Assembly: GCA_958423465.1 (NCBI GenBank)
Contig: CATZRD010000006.1
Coordinates: 21,712 to 85,711 of the forward strand
From: an uncultured Oscillospiraceae bacterium
GTDB taxonomy: Bacteria; Bacillota; Clostridia; Oscillospirales; Oscillospiraceae
Direction of reading: 5' to 3'
Length of the DNA stretch: 64,000 nucleotides
The notes under the pieces were generated by a model. The model had not been told where the DNA came from and ran no database searches. It was given only the letters and a program-made list of their open reading frames with translations. Every line of letters starts with the position of its first letter. Positions within the stretch are counted from its first letter, which is position 1. Both the position numbers and the translations under genes were made by a program. Below are positions 1 to 8,146 of the stretch, one piece after another.

Positions 1-266
1 GGAAAAACGGTTCTCGCCTTCGTCTCGTCAGTGTGTTGTCGGAGTGATCTCCGCGTGGATAAAGATATCCGGGCTGCTTACGCTGGTGAGGGACGCCTTA
101 CCGGCCAGGGTGCTGGGAACAGAGGAACAGCGGGAATGGTGCCGCGGACCCCCAGGGGCGTGTTCAGGTATCCTGTGGGTCAGGCTGACCTGTACATGGG
201 ACCGTACCTCCTTGGCAGATTTCCGGGGTTGATACTTCCATCTATCTCCTTTGGTTCCGTGACTAA

Positions 267-295
267 ACTATACAATACTTTTTAAAAATTGTCAA
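267..295 (-). promoter_or_regulatory. SigA-type promoter facing the window start (-35 TTGACA at comp 290-295, 17-nt spacer, -10 TATAGT at comp 267-272)
   Basis: Near-consensus hexamers with exact 17-nt spacing read on minus strand; no ORF with coding-like GC3 downstream (1-260). Confidence 0.5.
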
Positions 296-321
296 GGGAT
301 TTTATCATTTCTTCCAAAAAA

Positions 322-1386
322 TTATCGCCAAAGCCGCACCACTCCCGCGTCGGACAGCTGCTTGACCAGCAGAAGCAGAATGGGCATGAGCAGCATCCCG
401 CCGATTCCCATGAGGCGGAAGCCTACATACATGGCCAAAAGGGCGGAGAGGGGCGGCAGCCCCGCCTGTCCCGCCAGGAGCCTGGGCTCCAGCAGGGAGT
501 GGGACAGGGTGGCCACGGCGTACAGGGCCAGCAGGCCCAGTCCCCGGCCGGTGTCCCCCAGAAGCAGCAGCGCCGCCGCCCAGGGGATCAGCACCGTGCC
601 CGTGCCCAGCACCGGCAGGGCGTCCACCAGGGCGGTGAAGGCCGCCGCCAGCAGAGCGTAGTCCATGCCCATCAGCAGGAACCCCGCCAGCAGGATGACA
701 AAGGTCACCGTCAGCAGAATGGCCTCGGACCGCAGCCACTTGAGCATGGTGGATCGGAAGCACTGAGCGGCGGCGCGGCACCGCCCCTGCCAGGCGGCGG
801 GGAGCTGGCGCTTCAGAAAGGCCAGGATCTCCGGGTAGCCCAGGCTGGTGAAATAGACCGCCAGCACTGTGGTGATGAGAAAAAGCCCCAGGTCCGGCAG
901 CTTGCCCACCAGAAGGGAGGCGGTCTCCATGAGCCAGCTCCCCGCCCGGCCGGCCAGGGTGGGCGCGGCCTGGGCCAAATGCTCCGCCGCGTGGTCCAGG
1001 GCCGTCCGCACCGCCTGGGGGCAGGCGGCATACCAGCCCTCCACCCGGTCCAGCAGGCTGTTCCACAGCTGAGGAAAGCGCGCCGCCGTCTCCGGGATCC
1101 GGTCCATCCAGCCGGCCAGCTCCATCCCCAGCCGCGCCGCCAGCAGAAGCAGCGTTCCCCCCGCCACCACCAGCACGCCGGTGGTCACCGCGGCGGCAGC
1201 GAAGCTCCGGCGGACGTGGAGCCGGCGGCGGAAGCGCTGCACCAGCGGCTCCGCCATAGCGGCCAGGCCCAGGGCCAGCAGAAAGGGCAGCAGGGGAGCC
1301 AGCAGCCACCGGAAGAACACATATCCGCCCCCTGCCCACAGGGCGGCGGCGACCGTACGCTGCACAAGAACATTTATATCTGACAT
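322..1386 (-). CDS. ytvI: AI-2E family transporter / sporulation integral membrane protein YtvI-like
   Basis: Multi-TM hydrophobic protein; ATG at comp 1384-1386 preceded by GGAG RBS; longer track ORF to 1728 is an unsupported N-terminal extension. Confidence 0.7.
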   Translation of the reverse strand: MSDINVLVQRTVAAALWAGGGYVFFRWLLAPLLPFLLALGLAAMAEPLVQRFRRRLHVRRSFAAAAVTTGVLVVAGGTLLLLAARLGMELAGWMDRIPETAARFPQLWNSLLDRVEGWYAACPQAVRTALDHAAEHLAQAAPTLAGRAGSWLMETASLLVGKLPDLGLFLITTVLAVYFTSLGYPEILAFLKRQLPAAWQGRCRAAAQCFRSTMLKWLRSEAILLTVTFVILLAGFLLMGMDYALLAAAFTALVDALPVLGTGTVLIPWAAALLLLGDTGRGLGLLALYAVATLSHSLLEPRLLAGQAGLPPLSALLAMYVGFRLMGIGGMLLMPILLLLVKQLSDAGVVRLWR

Positions 1387-1456
1387 ATAGACGAACTGCA
1401 CTCCTTTTTCGGCGGCGCGCCGCGAATTTTTGGTAAAAAAGGCAGGGACGTATTGG

Positions 1457-1485
1457 TTGCCAGGACAGGGACGGTATGATACAAT
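1457..1485 (+). promoter_or_regulatory. SigA promoter for ACT-hom-lysC operon (-35 TTGCCA, 17 nt, extended -10 TGaTACAAT)
   Basis: Hexamers at 1457-1462 and 1480-1485. Confidence 0.5.
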
Positions 1486-1524
1486 ATTACAATACAGGGA
1501 CAAGTGACCATGGAGGAAAAACAA

Positions 1525-1965
1525 ATGGGTGCAAAAACGAAATTCTACATCGTCGCGGCAGACGCGCTGCCGGAGATCTTCACCAAGGTGGCGGAGGCCA
1601 AACGGATGCTGCTGGCCGGAGAGGCCGGCACGGTGGGAGAGGCCACCCGGCATGTAGGGATCAGCCGCAGCGCCTTCTATAAGTACAAGGACGCGGTGCA
1701 GCCCTTCAACAACATGAAATCGGGGCATATCATCACCTTCTACGCCATGCTGAAGGACAACCCCGGTGTTTTGAGCAATGTCCTTGCTATTTTTGCCGGG
1801 ACGGGGGCAAATATACTGACCATCAACCAGTCCATTCCCACCAACGGCTGCGCGGCGGTGACCATCTCGGCGGAGACCAGCGAGATGGAGCAGAACCTGG
1901 AGGAGCTGCTGGCCGCGGCGGCGGCGGTGGAGGGCGTGCTGAAATTTGAGATCCTGGCCGGCTGA
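1525..1965 (+). CDS. ACT domain-containing protein (UPF0735 family)
   Basis: Small ACT-fold-like protein; ATG at 1525 has GGAGGA RBS 7 nt upstream (preferred over track start 1504). Confidence 0.7.
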   Translation: MGAKTKFYIVAADALPEIFTKVAEAKRMLLAGEAGTVGEATRHVGISRSAFYKYKDAVQPFNNMKSGHIITFYAMLKDNPGVLSNVLAIFAGTGANILTINQSIPTNGCAAVTISAETSEMEQNLEELLAAAAAVEGVLKFEILAG

Positions 1966-1985
1966 GCCAGGGGAAAGGAGCCGTT

Positions 1986-3155
1986 ATGGCAAAGATCGCG
2001 ATCATGGGCTTCGGCACCGTGGGCGGCGGCGTGGCGGAGGTGCTGCGCCGCAACGGTGAGGAGATTCGCGCCCGCCTGGGCGAGAGCGTGGAGCTGAAGT
2101 ATATCCTGGACGTCCGGGATCTCTCCGCCACGCCCTACGCGGACAAGGCGGTGAAGGACTTCTCCGTGCTGGAGAACGACCCGGAGCTGGACCTGGTGGT
2201 GGAGTCCATCGGGGGCGCCAGGGTGGCGCTGGAGTTCACCCGCCGGGCGCTTATGGCGGGCAAGCATGTGGTTACCTCCAACAAGGAGCTGGTGGCCTCC
2301 CACGGCCGGGAGCTGCTGGACATCGCCCGGGAGAAAAACGTCAACTACCTCTTTGAGGCCAGCGTAGGCGGCGGCATCCCGGTGCTGCGGCCCCTGACCT
2401 GGTGCCTGGCGGGCAACCAGATCCAGGAGATCGCGGGGATCCTCAACGGTACCACCAACTATATCCTGACCCGGATGGTCAAGGGGGGCGTCTCCTTTGA
2501 CGCGGCGCTGAAGGAGGCGCAGGCCAGGGGCTACGCCGAGGCCGACCCCACCGCCGACGTGGAGGGCCTGGACGCGGGGCGGAAGATCTGCATCCTCTCC
2601 GACCTGGCCTGGGGCCGGGAGGTGCGCCCGGAGGCCATCTCCGTGCGGGGGATCTCCGGCGTGGACCTGAAGGACGTGGCCATCGCCAGCGGCGCGGGCT
2701 ACCGGGTGAAGCTGCTGGGCCGGGCCATGCGCCTGGCCGGCGGGCGGCAGGCCGCCTTCGTCTCTCCCCATCTGGTGCCGGAGAGCTGCCCTCTGGCGGG
2801 GGTGGACGACGTATTCAACGCCATCATGATCCGGGGCAACGCCGTGGGCGACGTGATGTTCTACGGACGGGGAGCGGGGGACCTTCCCACCGCCTCCGCC
2901 GTGGTGGGGGACGTGGTGGACGCCCTGCTCCACCGGCACAGCCGCCGGGCCATCGGCTGGGGCGAGGCGGCGGAGCTGGCGGACTTCGAGACGGAGCTGC
3001 CCCTCTACTGGTATCTCCGGGGCGGTTTTACCGCGCCGCCCAGCAGCGAGACCCTGTCCGACGGGGCTGTTATCGTGGGACCGGTGCCCTTCCGGGAGGC
3101 CCGGGCTCTGGCCGCCCGGGTAGGGGCCCAGGCCCTGCTGCCCGTTCTGCGCTGA
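1986..3155 (+). CDS. hom: homoserine dehydrogenase
   Basis: N-terminal Rossmann MGFGTVGGG, conserved Hom core and C-terminal ACT region; AAAGGAG RBS. Confidence 0.9.
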   Translation: MAKIAIMGFGTVGGGVAEVLRRNGEEIRARLGESVELKYILDVRDLSATPYADKAVKDFSVLENDPELDLVVESIGGARVALEFTRRALMAGKHVVTSNKELVASHGRELLDIAREKNVNYLFEASVGGGIPVLRPLTWCLAGNQIQEIAGILNGTTNYILTRMVKGGVSFDAALKEAQARGYAEADPTADVEGLDAGRKICILSDLAWGREVRPEAISVRGISGVDLKDVAIASGAGYRVKLLGRAMRLAGGRQAAFVSPHLVPESCPLAGVDDVFNAIMIRGNAVGDVMFYGRGAGDLPTASAVVGDVVDALLHRHSRRAIGWGEAAELADFETELPLYWYLRGGFTAPPSSETLSDGAVIVGPVPFREARALAARVGAQALLPVLR

Positions 3156-3243
3156 CCGGGGCGGCGAAGGACCGTGACGCGGCGGCCCGGCCCTGGGTAT
3201 ACTGGGGTGCGGCCACTCCATTCCATAGAAGGGAAGTTGAGAT

Positions 3244-4461
3244 ATGAGTCTGATCGTACAGAAATTTGGCGGCAGCTCCGTCCGGGACGCGGAACGCATC
3301 CGCAACGTGGCGGGCATCATTGCCGATACGTACCGGGCGGGGAACCAGGTGCTGGTGGTCCTCTCCGCCCAGGGAGACACCACCGACGACCTTATCGACA
3401 AGGCGAAGGAGATCAACCCCCGGGCCTCCCGGCGGGAAATGGATATGCTCCTCTCCGCCGGGGAGCAGATCTCCGTGGCCCTGTGCGCCATGGCCCTGGA
3501 GGCCATGGGCCTGCCGGTGGTGAGCCTGCTGGCCTGGCAGGCGGGGATCCAGACCACCAGCGTACACAGCGACGCACGGATCAAGCGCATCGACAAGGAG
3601 CGGATCCAGCAGGAGCTGGATAAGAACAAGATCGTTCTGGTGGCGGGCTTTCAGGGCATCAGCCGCTTCGGCGACGTGACCACCCTGGGCCGGGGCGGCT
3701 CCGACACCAGCGCCGTGGCGCTGGCGGCGGCCTTCAACGCGGAGCTGTGCCAGATCTATACGGATGTGGACGGCGTGTATACCACGGACCCCCGCATCGC
3801 CCCCAACGCCAAAAAGCTCCCGGAGATCACCTACGACGAGATGCTGGAGCTTGCCAGCCAGGGCGCCCAGGTGCTCCACAACCGCAGCGTGGAGCTGGCG
3901 AAAAAGTACCATGTGAACATGGAAGTCGTGTCCAGCCTGGAGCGAAAGCCCGGCACGAAAGTCAAGGAGGTTGTCAAGATGATGGAAAAGACCAATATCG
4001 CCGGCGTGGCGAAGGATACCAGTATCGCCCGGATCGCCCTGGTGGGCCTGGCCAACAACCCCGGCGTGGCCTTCCGGGTGTTCTCCCTGCTGGGAAAGGC
4101 CCGGGTGAACATCGACACCATCATCCAGTCCATTGGCCGCCAGGAGAGCAAGGACATCAGCTTCACCCTGCCCCAGTCCTCGGTGGAGACGGCCTGCCGG
4201 GTGCTGGAGGAGCAGAAGCAGTCCCTGGGCTTCGACCACATCACCGTGGACGACAAGATCGCCAAGGTCTCCATCGTGGGGGCAGGGATGATGACCACTC
4301 CCGGCGTGGCGGCCAAGATGTTCGAGGCCCTCTATGACGCCAATATCAACATCCAGATGATCAATACCAGCGAGATCCGGGTCTCGGTACTCATCGACGA
4401 GAGCGACGCCGCGGCCGCCGTCCGGGCGGTCCACGACAAGTTCTTCGGCGAGGGCGAGTAA
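3244..4461 (+). CDS. lysC: aspartate kinase
   Basis: KFGGSS nucleotide-binding N-terminus, C-terminal tandem ACT domains. Confidence 0.9.
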   Translation: MSLIVQKFGGSSVRDAERIRNVAGIIADTYRAGNQVLVVLSAQGDTTDDLIDKAKEINPRASRREMDMLLSAGEQISVALCAMALEAMGLPVVSLLAWQAGIQTTSVHSDARIKRIDKERIQQELDKNKIVLVAGFQGISRFGDVTTLGRGGSDTSAVALAAAFNAELCQIYTDVDGVYTTDPRIAPNAKKLPEITYDEMLELASQGAQVLHNRSVELAKKYHVNMEVVSSLERKPGTKVKEVVKMMEKTNIAGVAKDTSIARIALVGLANNPGVAFRVFSLLGKARVNIDTIIQSIGRQESKDISFTLPQSSVETACRVLEEQKQSLGFDHITVDDKIAKVSIVGAGMMTTPGVAAKMFEALYDANINIQMINTSEIRVSVLIDESDAAAAVRAVHDKFFGEGE

Positions 4462-4481
4462 GGGAAAACGGACCATCCTCA

Positions 4482-4512
4482 GGCGGGAGCGCTCACTGCG
4501 CTCCCGCCTTTT
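4482..4512 (+). terminator. Rho-independent terminator after lysC
   Basis: 11-bp GC stem GGCGGGAGCGC/GCGCTCCCGCC, 5-nt loop, followed by TTTT. Confidence 0.8.
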
Positions 4513-4578
4513 GCTGTCACGGCGGAGGCTCCCGGCTCATAAACTGGACCAGATCAAAGGACGGAGGAGGCGATAGCG

Positions 4579-4725
4579 ATGCGCGGATGGTGCCGCTGGC
4601 TGGGGACGCTGGCCCTGGCTCTGGGCGCGGGGATCCTGATCGCCGCCATCTTTCCTGTGGGGGCGCTGCTGTTTCTGGTGGCGTTTCTGCTGATCGCCTG
4701 CGGTTTAATGTGTATGCGCCGGTAG
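4579..4725 (+). CDS. small hydrophobic (two predicted TM) protein, 48 aa
   Basis: ATG 7 nt after GGAGGAGG RBS; MRGWCRWLGTLALALGAGILIAAIFPVGALLFLVAFLLIACGLMCMRR; below track size cut-off. Confidence 0.45.
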   Translation: MRGWCRWLGTLALALGAGILIAAIFPVGALLFLVAFLLIACGLMCMRR

Positions 4726-4738
4726 AGAGGAGGTTGCC

Positions 4739-4813
4739 ATGAAAATCGTGGTGGTGAAGTCGCCGAAGTTCCTGGGCGGAATCCTGAAGCGGCTTTTTGG
4801 GATCAAGGAATAA
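4739..4813 (+). CDS. spoVM: stage V sporulation protein M (SpoVM-like amphipathic peptide, 24 aa)
   Basis: MKIVVVKSPKFLGGILKRLFGIKE aligns with B. subtilis SpoVM MKFYTIKLPKFLGGIVRAMLGSFRKD (K-x-PKFLGGI core); GAGGAGG RBS; adjacent to SpoIVA/SipL genes. Confidence 0.7.
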   Translation: MKIVVVKSPKFLGGILKRLFGIKE

Positions 4814-4897
4814 CCCCCGGCGGCCTCTCATACAGTGGGGGTAACGGAGCTTGACTCATGTATCCGCCCCACAGGGGCAAAAGGGAGGACGCCAAGG

Positions 4898-6424
4898 ATG
4901 GAATGTAAGCTGACAAGATCGGGCCACGACTATTACGAGCCCCTGCGCTGGCCCAGCTTTTCCTGTGAGACCATGCGGGAGAGCATCGTGCCGGACAGCT
5001 GCCCGGATATCGCCCGGATCATCGATACGGTGGGCGCCGTCTACCTGACGGGCCGGGAGCTGACCGGCGACGGCCGGTGCAGCGCCAGCGGCAGCGTGGA
5101 TGTGGCGGTGCTGTACATACCGGAGAAGGGGGAGGGGCCCCGGGTCCTCCGCTTCCAGCTTCCGTTTCAGTGCTATGGGGACAGCCTGGGGACCGGGGAG
5201 TGCGACTTTCTGGATATCCGGGGGGAGCTGCGGGGAATCGATACCCGCGCCCTGAACCCCAGAAAGGTGCTGACCCGGGCCAACATCGACCTGTATCCCT
5301 CCGGCTGCCGCCGGGTCCGTCTGGAGCTGTGCGACGGCGCGGAGGAGGAGCAGGAGGATCTTCAGCTGCTGCGGGAGGAGCGTACCTGCCGGGTGGTGGC
5401 CGCCGTCCGGGAGCGGGAATTCACCTTCGTGGAGGAGCTGCCGGTGTCCGCCGGCCGGGCCGGCGGGGAGGAGGCGGTGCAGCTCCGCTGCGACGTGCGC
5501 TCCAACGACGTGAAGCTCATCGGCAGCAAGCTGGTGGTGAAGGGGCTGATCTCCGCCAGCCTGCTCTACCGGGAGGAGGGGGGCCGCCTGGCCCTTTTGC
5601 AGCAGGATCTGCCCTTCTCCCAGATTCTGGACGGCGCGGGGCTGGAGGAGGACTGGGACAGCGAGGCCGCGTTCCGCCTGCTCAGCGCCGAGTGCCGCCT
5701 GGGCAGCGAGAGCGCCCCGGACGACGCCCATGTGTTCACCGTGACGCTGCTGCTGCGGACCCGGGTGACCGTCTGCCGCCAGGAGCGGATGGGCTATATC
5801 GCGGACCTCTACAGCACCGCCGGAGAGATCGACTGTCAGACGGAGACCCTGCGCCTGACGGAGGACGCCCAGCGGGTGGTCCGCCGCCAGAACGTCCGGG
5901 AGCTGCTGGAGACGGGGGTGGGGGTCAAGTCGGTGGTGGACGCCTCCGTGGTCTGCGGCGCCGCCCAGGTGGGCGGCAGCGCCCTGGAGATCCCGGTGAG
6001 CGCCCGGTGCCTGTATCTGGACGAGAACGACGCCCTGCGCTCCGTGACCCGGGAGTTCACCGCCTCCTGTCCGGCGGAGCTGCCGGAGGGCTTTCAGGCG
6101 GAGGGCGAGGCGGTATGCCGGGGGGAGATGATGACCAGCGTTCTGCCGGAGGGGATCGAGCTGCGCTTCCCCCTGGAGTGTACCCTGGAGCTCTGCCGCC
6201 GGACGGAGCGGCTGTGCGTCAGCGCCGGGGAGCGGCGGGAGCGGCCGGAGGACCAGGAGCCGCAGCCCTCCCTGATCCTGCGGAAGTTTTCCGGGGACGA
6301 GACGCTGTGGGCGGTAGCGAAGCAGTACCGCACCACCGCCCAGGCGATCTTGTCGGTGAACGGGGCCGAGAGCGAGGCCCAGCTGCCCAGAGACCGGCTG
6401 CTGCTGGTCCCGCGGGCCCGGTAA
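4898..6424 (+). CDS. sipL: SipL/SpoVID-like sporulation protein (DUF3794-type N-region plus C-terminal LysM)
   Basis: C-terminal LysM motif (FSGDETLWAVAKQY...SVNG); immediately upstream of spoIVA; ATG 4898 after GGGAGG RBS (track start 4835 is an extension). Confidence 0.65.
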   Translation: MECKLTRSGHDYYEPLRWPSFSCETMRESIVPDSCPDIARIIDTVGAVYLTGRELTGDGRCSASGSVDVAVLYIPEKGEGPRVLRFQLPFQCYGDSLGTGECDFLDIRGELRGIDTRALNPRKVLTRANIDLYPSGCRRVRLELCDGAEEEQEDLQLLREERTCRVVAAVREREFTFVEELPVSAGRAGGEEAVQLRCDVRSNDVKLIGSKLVVKGLISASLLYREEGGRLALLQQDLPFSQILDGAGLEEDWDSEAAFRLLSAECRLGSESAPDDAHVFTVTLLLRTRVTVCRQERMGYIADLYSTAGEIDCQTETLRLTEDAQRVVRRQNVRELLETGVGVKSVVDASVVCGAAQVGGSALEIPVSARCLYLDENDALRSVTREFTASCPAELPEGFQAEGEAVCRGEMMTSVLPEGIELRFPLECTLELCRRTERLCVSAGERRERPEDQEPQPSLILRKFSGDETLWAVAKQYRTTAQAILSVNGAESEAQLPRDRLLLVPRAR

Positions 6425-6494
6425 CGGGGCGGCCGCCTGGAGGCGGACAAAAATTTGAGCGGAAGCAAAGCGCCGGAGGGCGCAGGAGGGTACT

Positions 6495-7973
6495 ATGACG
6501 ACCACAGACATCTATCAGGATATCGCCACCCGCACCGGCGGCTCCCTGTTCGTGGGAGTGCTGGGTCCGGTGCGCACCGGAAAGTCCACCTTTATCAAGC
6601 GGTTCATGGAGACCTGCGTGATCCCCAATATCGAGAACGTCTACCGGCGGGAGCGGGCCATCGACGAGCTGCCTCAGTCCGGCAGCGGACGGACCATCAT
6701 GACGGCGGAGCCGAAGTTCGTGCCGGAGGAGGCGGTGACCGTCACCCTGGAGGGGGGCGTCACCTTCGCCGTGCGGCTCATCGACTCCGTGGGCTACATG
6801 GTCCGGGGGGCCATGGGCCAGACCGAGGACGGCGCGCCCCGAATGGTCATGACCCCCTGGTCGGATCAGGAGCTGCCCATGGCCCAGGCGGCGGAGATCG
6901 GCACCCGGAAGGTCATCTGCGAGCACTCCACCGTGGGCATCGTCATCACCACCGACGGCACCGTCACCGACATCCCCCGGGAGGACTATCTGGAGCCGGA
7001 GGAGCGGGTGATCCGGGAGCTGCAGGAGCTGGGCAAGCCCTTCGTGGTTCTGCTGAACTCCGCCCAGCCCCACGCCCAGCGTGCCCTGTCCATCGCCCGG
7101 GACATCGAGAGCAAATTCTCCGTCCGCTGCCTGCCGGTGAACTGTCTGGAGCTGGGGGAGGAGGCCATCTTCGATATCATCAAGAGCATCCTCTATGAGT
7201 TCCCCCTGCGGGAGCTGCGGATGTTCCTGCCCGCCTGGGTGGACGCCCTGCCCATGGACCACCCCATCAGGCAGTCGGTCTACGGGGCCATCCGGGACCG
7301 GGGGGAGACCCTGGCCCACATCCGGGAGGTGGAGCCGGTGATCCAGGCCATGGGGGAGGAGGAGAACATCTCCCTGGCCCGGGTGACGGCCATCGATCTG
7401 GGCCGGGGCGTGGCCTCGGCGGAGGTGCAGCTCCCCAGAGAGCTGTTCTACCAGACCCTCAGCACCCAGTCCGGCTTCCAGGTGTCCGACGACGGAGACC
7501 TGATGGACCTGCTGACAGCCCTGGCCAAGGTGAAATCCAGCTACGACAAGGTAGCCTCCGCCCTGGACAACGTCTACGAGACGGGCTACGGCATCGTCAT
7601 GCCCACCATGGATGAGCTGAAGCTGGAGGAGCCGGAGGTCATGCGCCAGGGCGGGCGCTACGGCATCCGCCTGAAGGCCAGCGCCCCCTCCGTCCACATG
7701 TTCAAGGTGGACATTGAGTCCACCGTCAGCCCCATTGTGGGCAACGAGAAGCAGAGCGAGGACATGGTCAACTACCTGATGGAGAAGTTCGCCTCGGACC
7801 CGGCCAAGATCTGGGAGTCCAATATCTTCGGCCGCAGCTTCCACGAGCTGGTGAACGAGGACCTGCAGGCAAAGCTGTACCGGATGCCCATGGACGCAAG
7901 GCTGAAGTTCCAGGAGACCCTCCAGCGCATCGTCAACGAGGGCAGCGGCGGCCTCATCTGCATCATTCTGTGA
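6495..7973 (+). CDS. spoIVA: stage IV sporulation protein A (coat morphogenetic ATPase)
   Basis: N-terminal Walker A GPVRTGKSTF and full-length SpoIVA-like sequence. Confidence 0.9.
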   Translation: MTTTDIYQDIATRTGGSLFVGVLGPVRTGKSTFIKRFMETCVIPNIENVYRRERAIDELPQSGSGRTIMTAEPKFVPEEAVTVTLEGGVTFAVRLIDSVGYMVRGAMGQTEDGAPRMVMTPWSDQELPMAQAAEIGTRKVICEHSTVGIVITTDGTVTDIPREDYLEPEERVIRELQELGKPFVVLLNSAQPHAQRALSIARDIESKFSVRCLPVNCLELGEEAIFDIIKSILYEFPLRELRMFLPAWVDALPMDHPIRQSVYGAIRDRGETLAHIREVEPVIQAMGEEENISLARVTAIDLGRGVASAEVQLPRELFYQTLSTQSGFQVSDDGDLMDLLTALAKVKSSYDKVASALDNVYETGYGIVMPTMDELKLEEPEVMRQGGRYGIRLKASAPSVHMFKVDIESTVSPIVGNEKQSEDMVNYLMEKFASDPAKIWESNIFGRSFHELVNEDLQAKLYRMPMDARLKFQETLQRIVNEGSGGLICIIL

Positions 7974-7985
7974 CTGAGATTGCCC

Positions 7986-8020
7986 AGGAGGGGCGTCCGC
8001 TGCCGGCGGACGCCCCTCCT
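7986..8020 (+). terminator. GC-rich hairpin after spoIVA (no clear U tract)
   Basis: 15-bp stem AGGAGGGGCGTCCGC/GCGGACGCCCCTCCT with 4-nt loop. Confidence 0.45.
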
Positions 8021-8146
8021 GCAATGTCCCGCGGAGCAGTTGCCTCTTGCTATTTTGCAAAAACTATAGTACAATACCCCTGTGGAATCCTGTTGGATAG
8101 TCACAAAATATACAGAATACGCGGTGAAGAAACCGAAAGGAGCAAG

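Noticed and set aside
125-160. T-box-like sequence AATGGTGCCGCGG on the plus strand
   Set aside because: Only a partial match to the T-box consensus (AGGGTGGTACCGCGG); no terminator follows and no plus-strand gene lies downstream (the YtvI-like gene is on the minus strand)
289-1383. 364-aa plus-strand ORF and 344-aa minus-strand ORF (305-1339) overlapping the YtvI-like gene
   Set aside because: Gly/Arg/Pro/Gln-rich low-complexity translations typical of alternative frames in high-GC DNA; the hydrophobic transporter frame is the coherent one
1387-1728. N-terminal extension of the YtvI-like ORF to 1728
   Set aside because: Extension has no RBS and would run through the divergent ACT-operon promoter; internal ATG at 1386 has a GGAG RBS and starts the hydrophobic domain
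4856-6511. 551-aa minus-strand and 473-aa plus-strand ORFs overlapping the sipL-like gene
   Set aside because: Antisense/off-frame with Arg/Gly/Pro-rich composition; no RBS
6219-8060. 613-aa ORF antisense to spoIVA
   Set aside because: Antisense to a highly conserved gene; low-complexity translation
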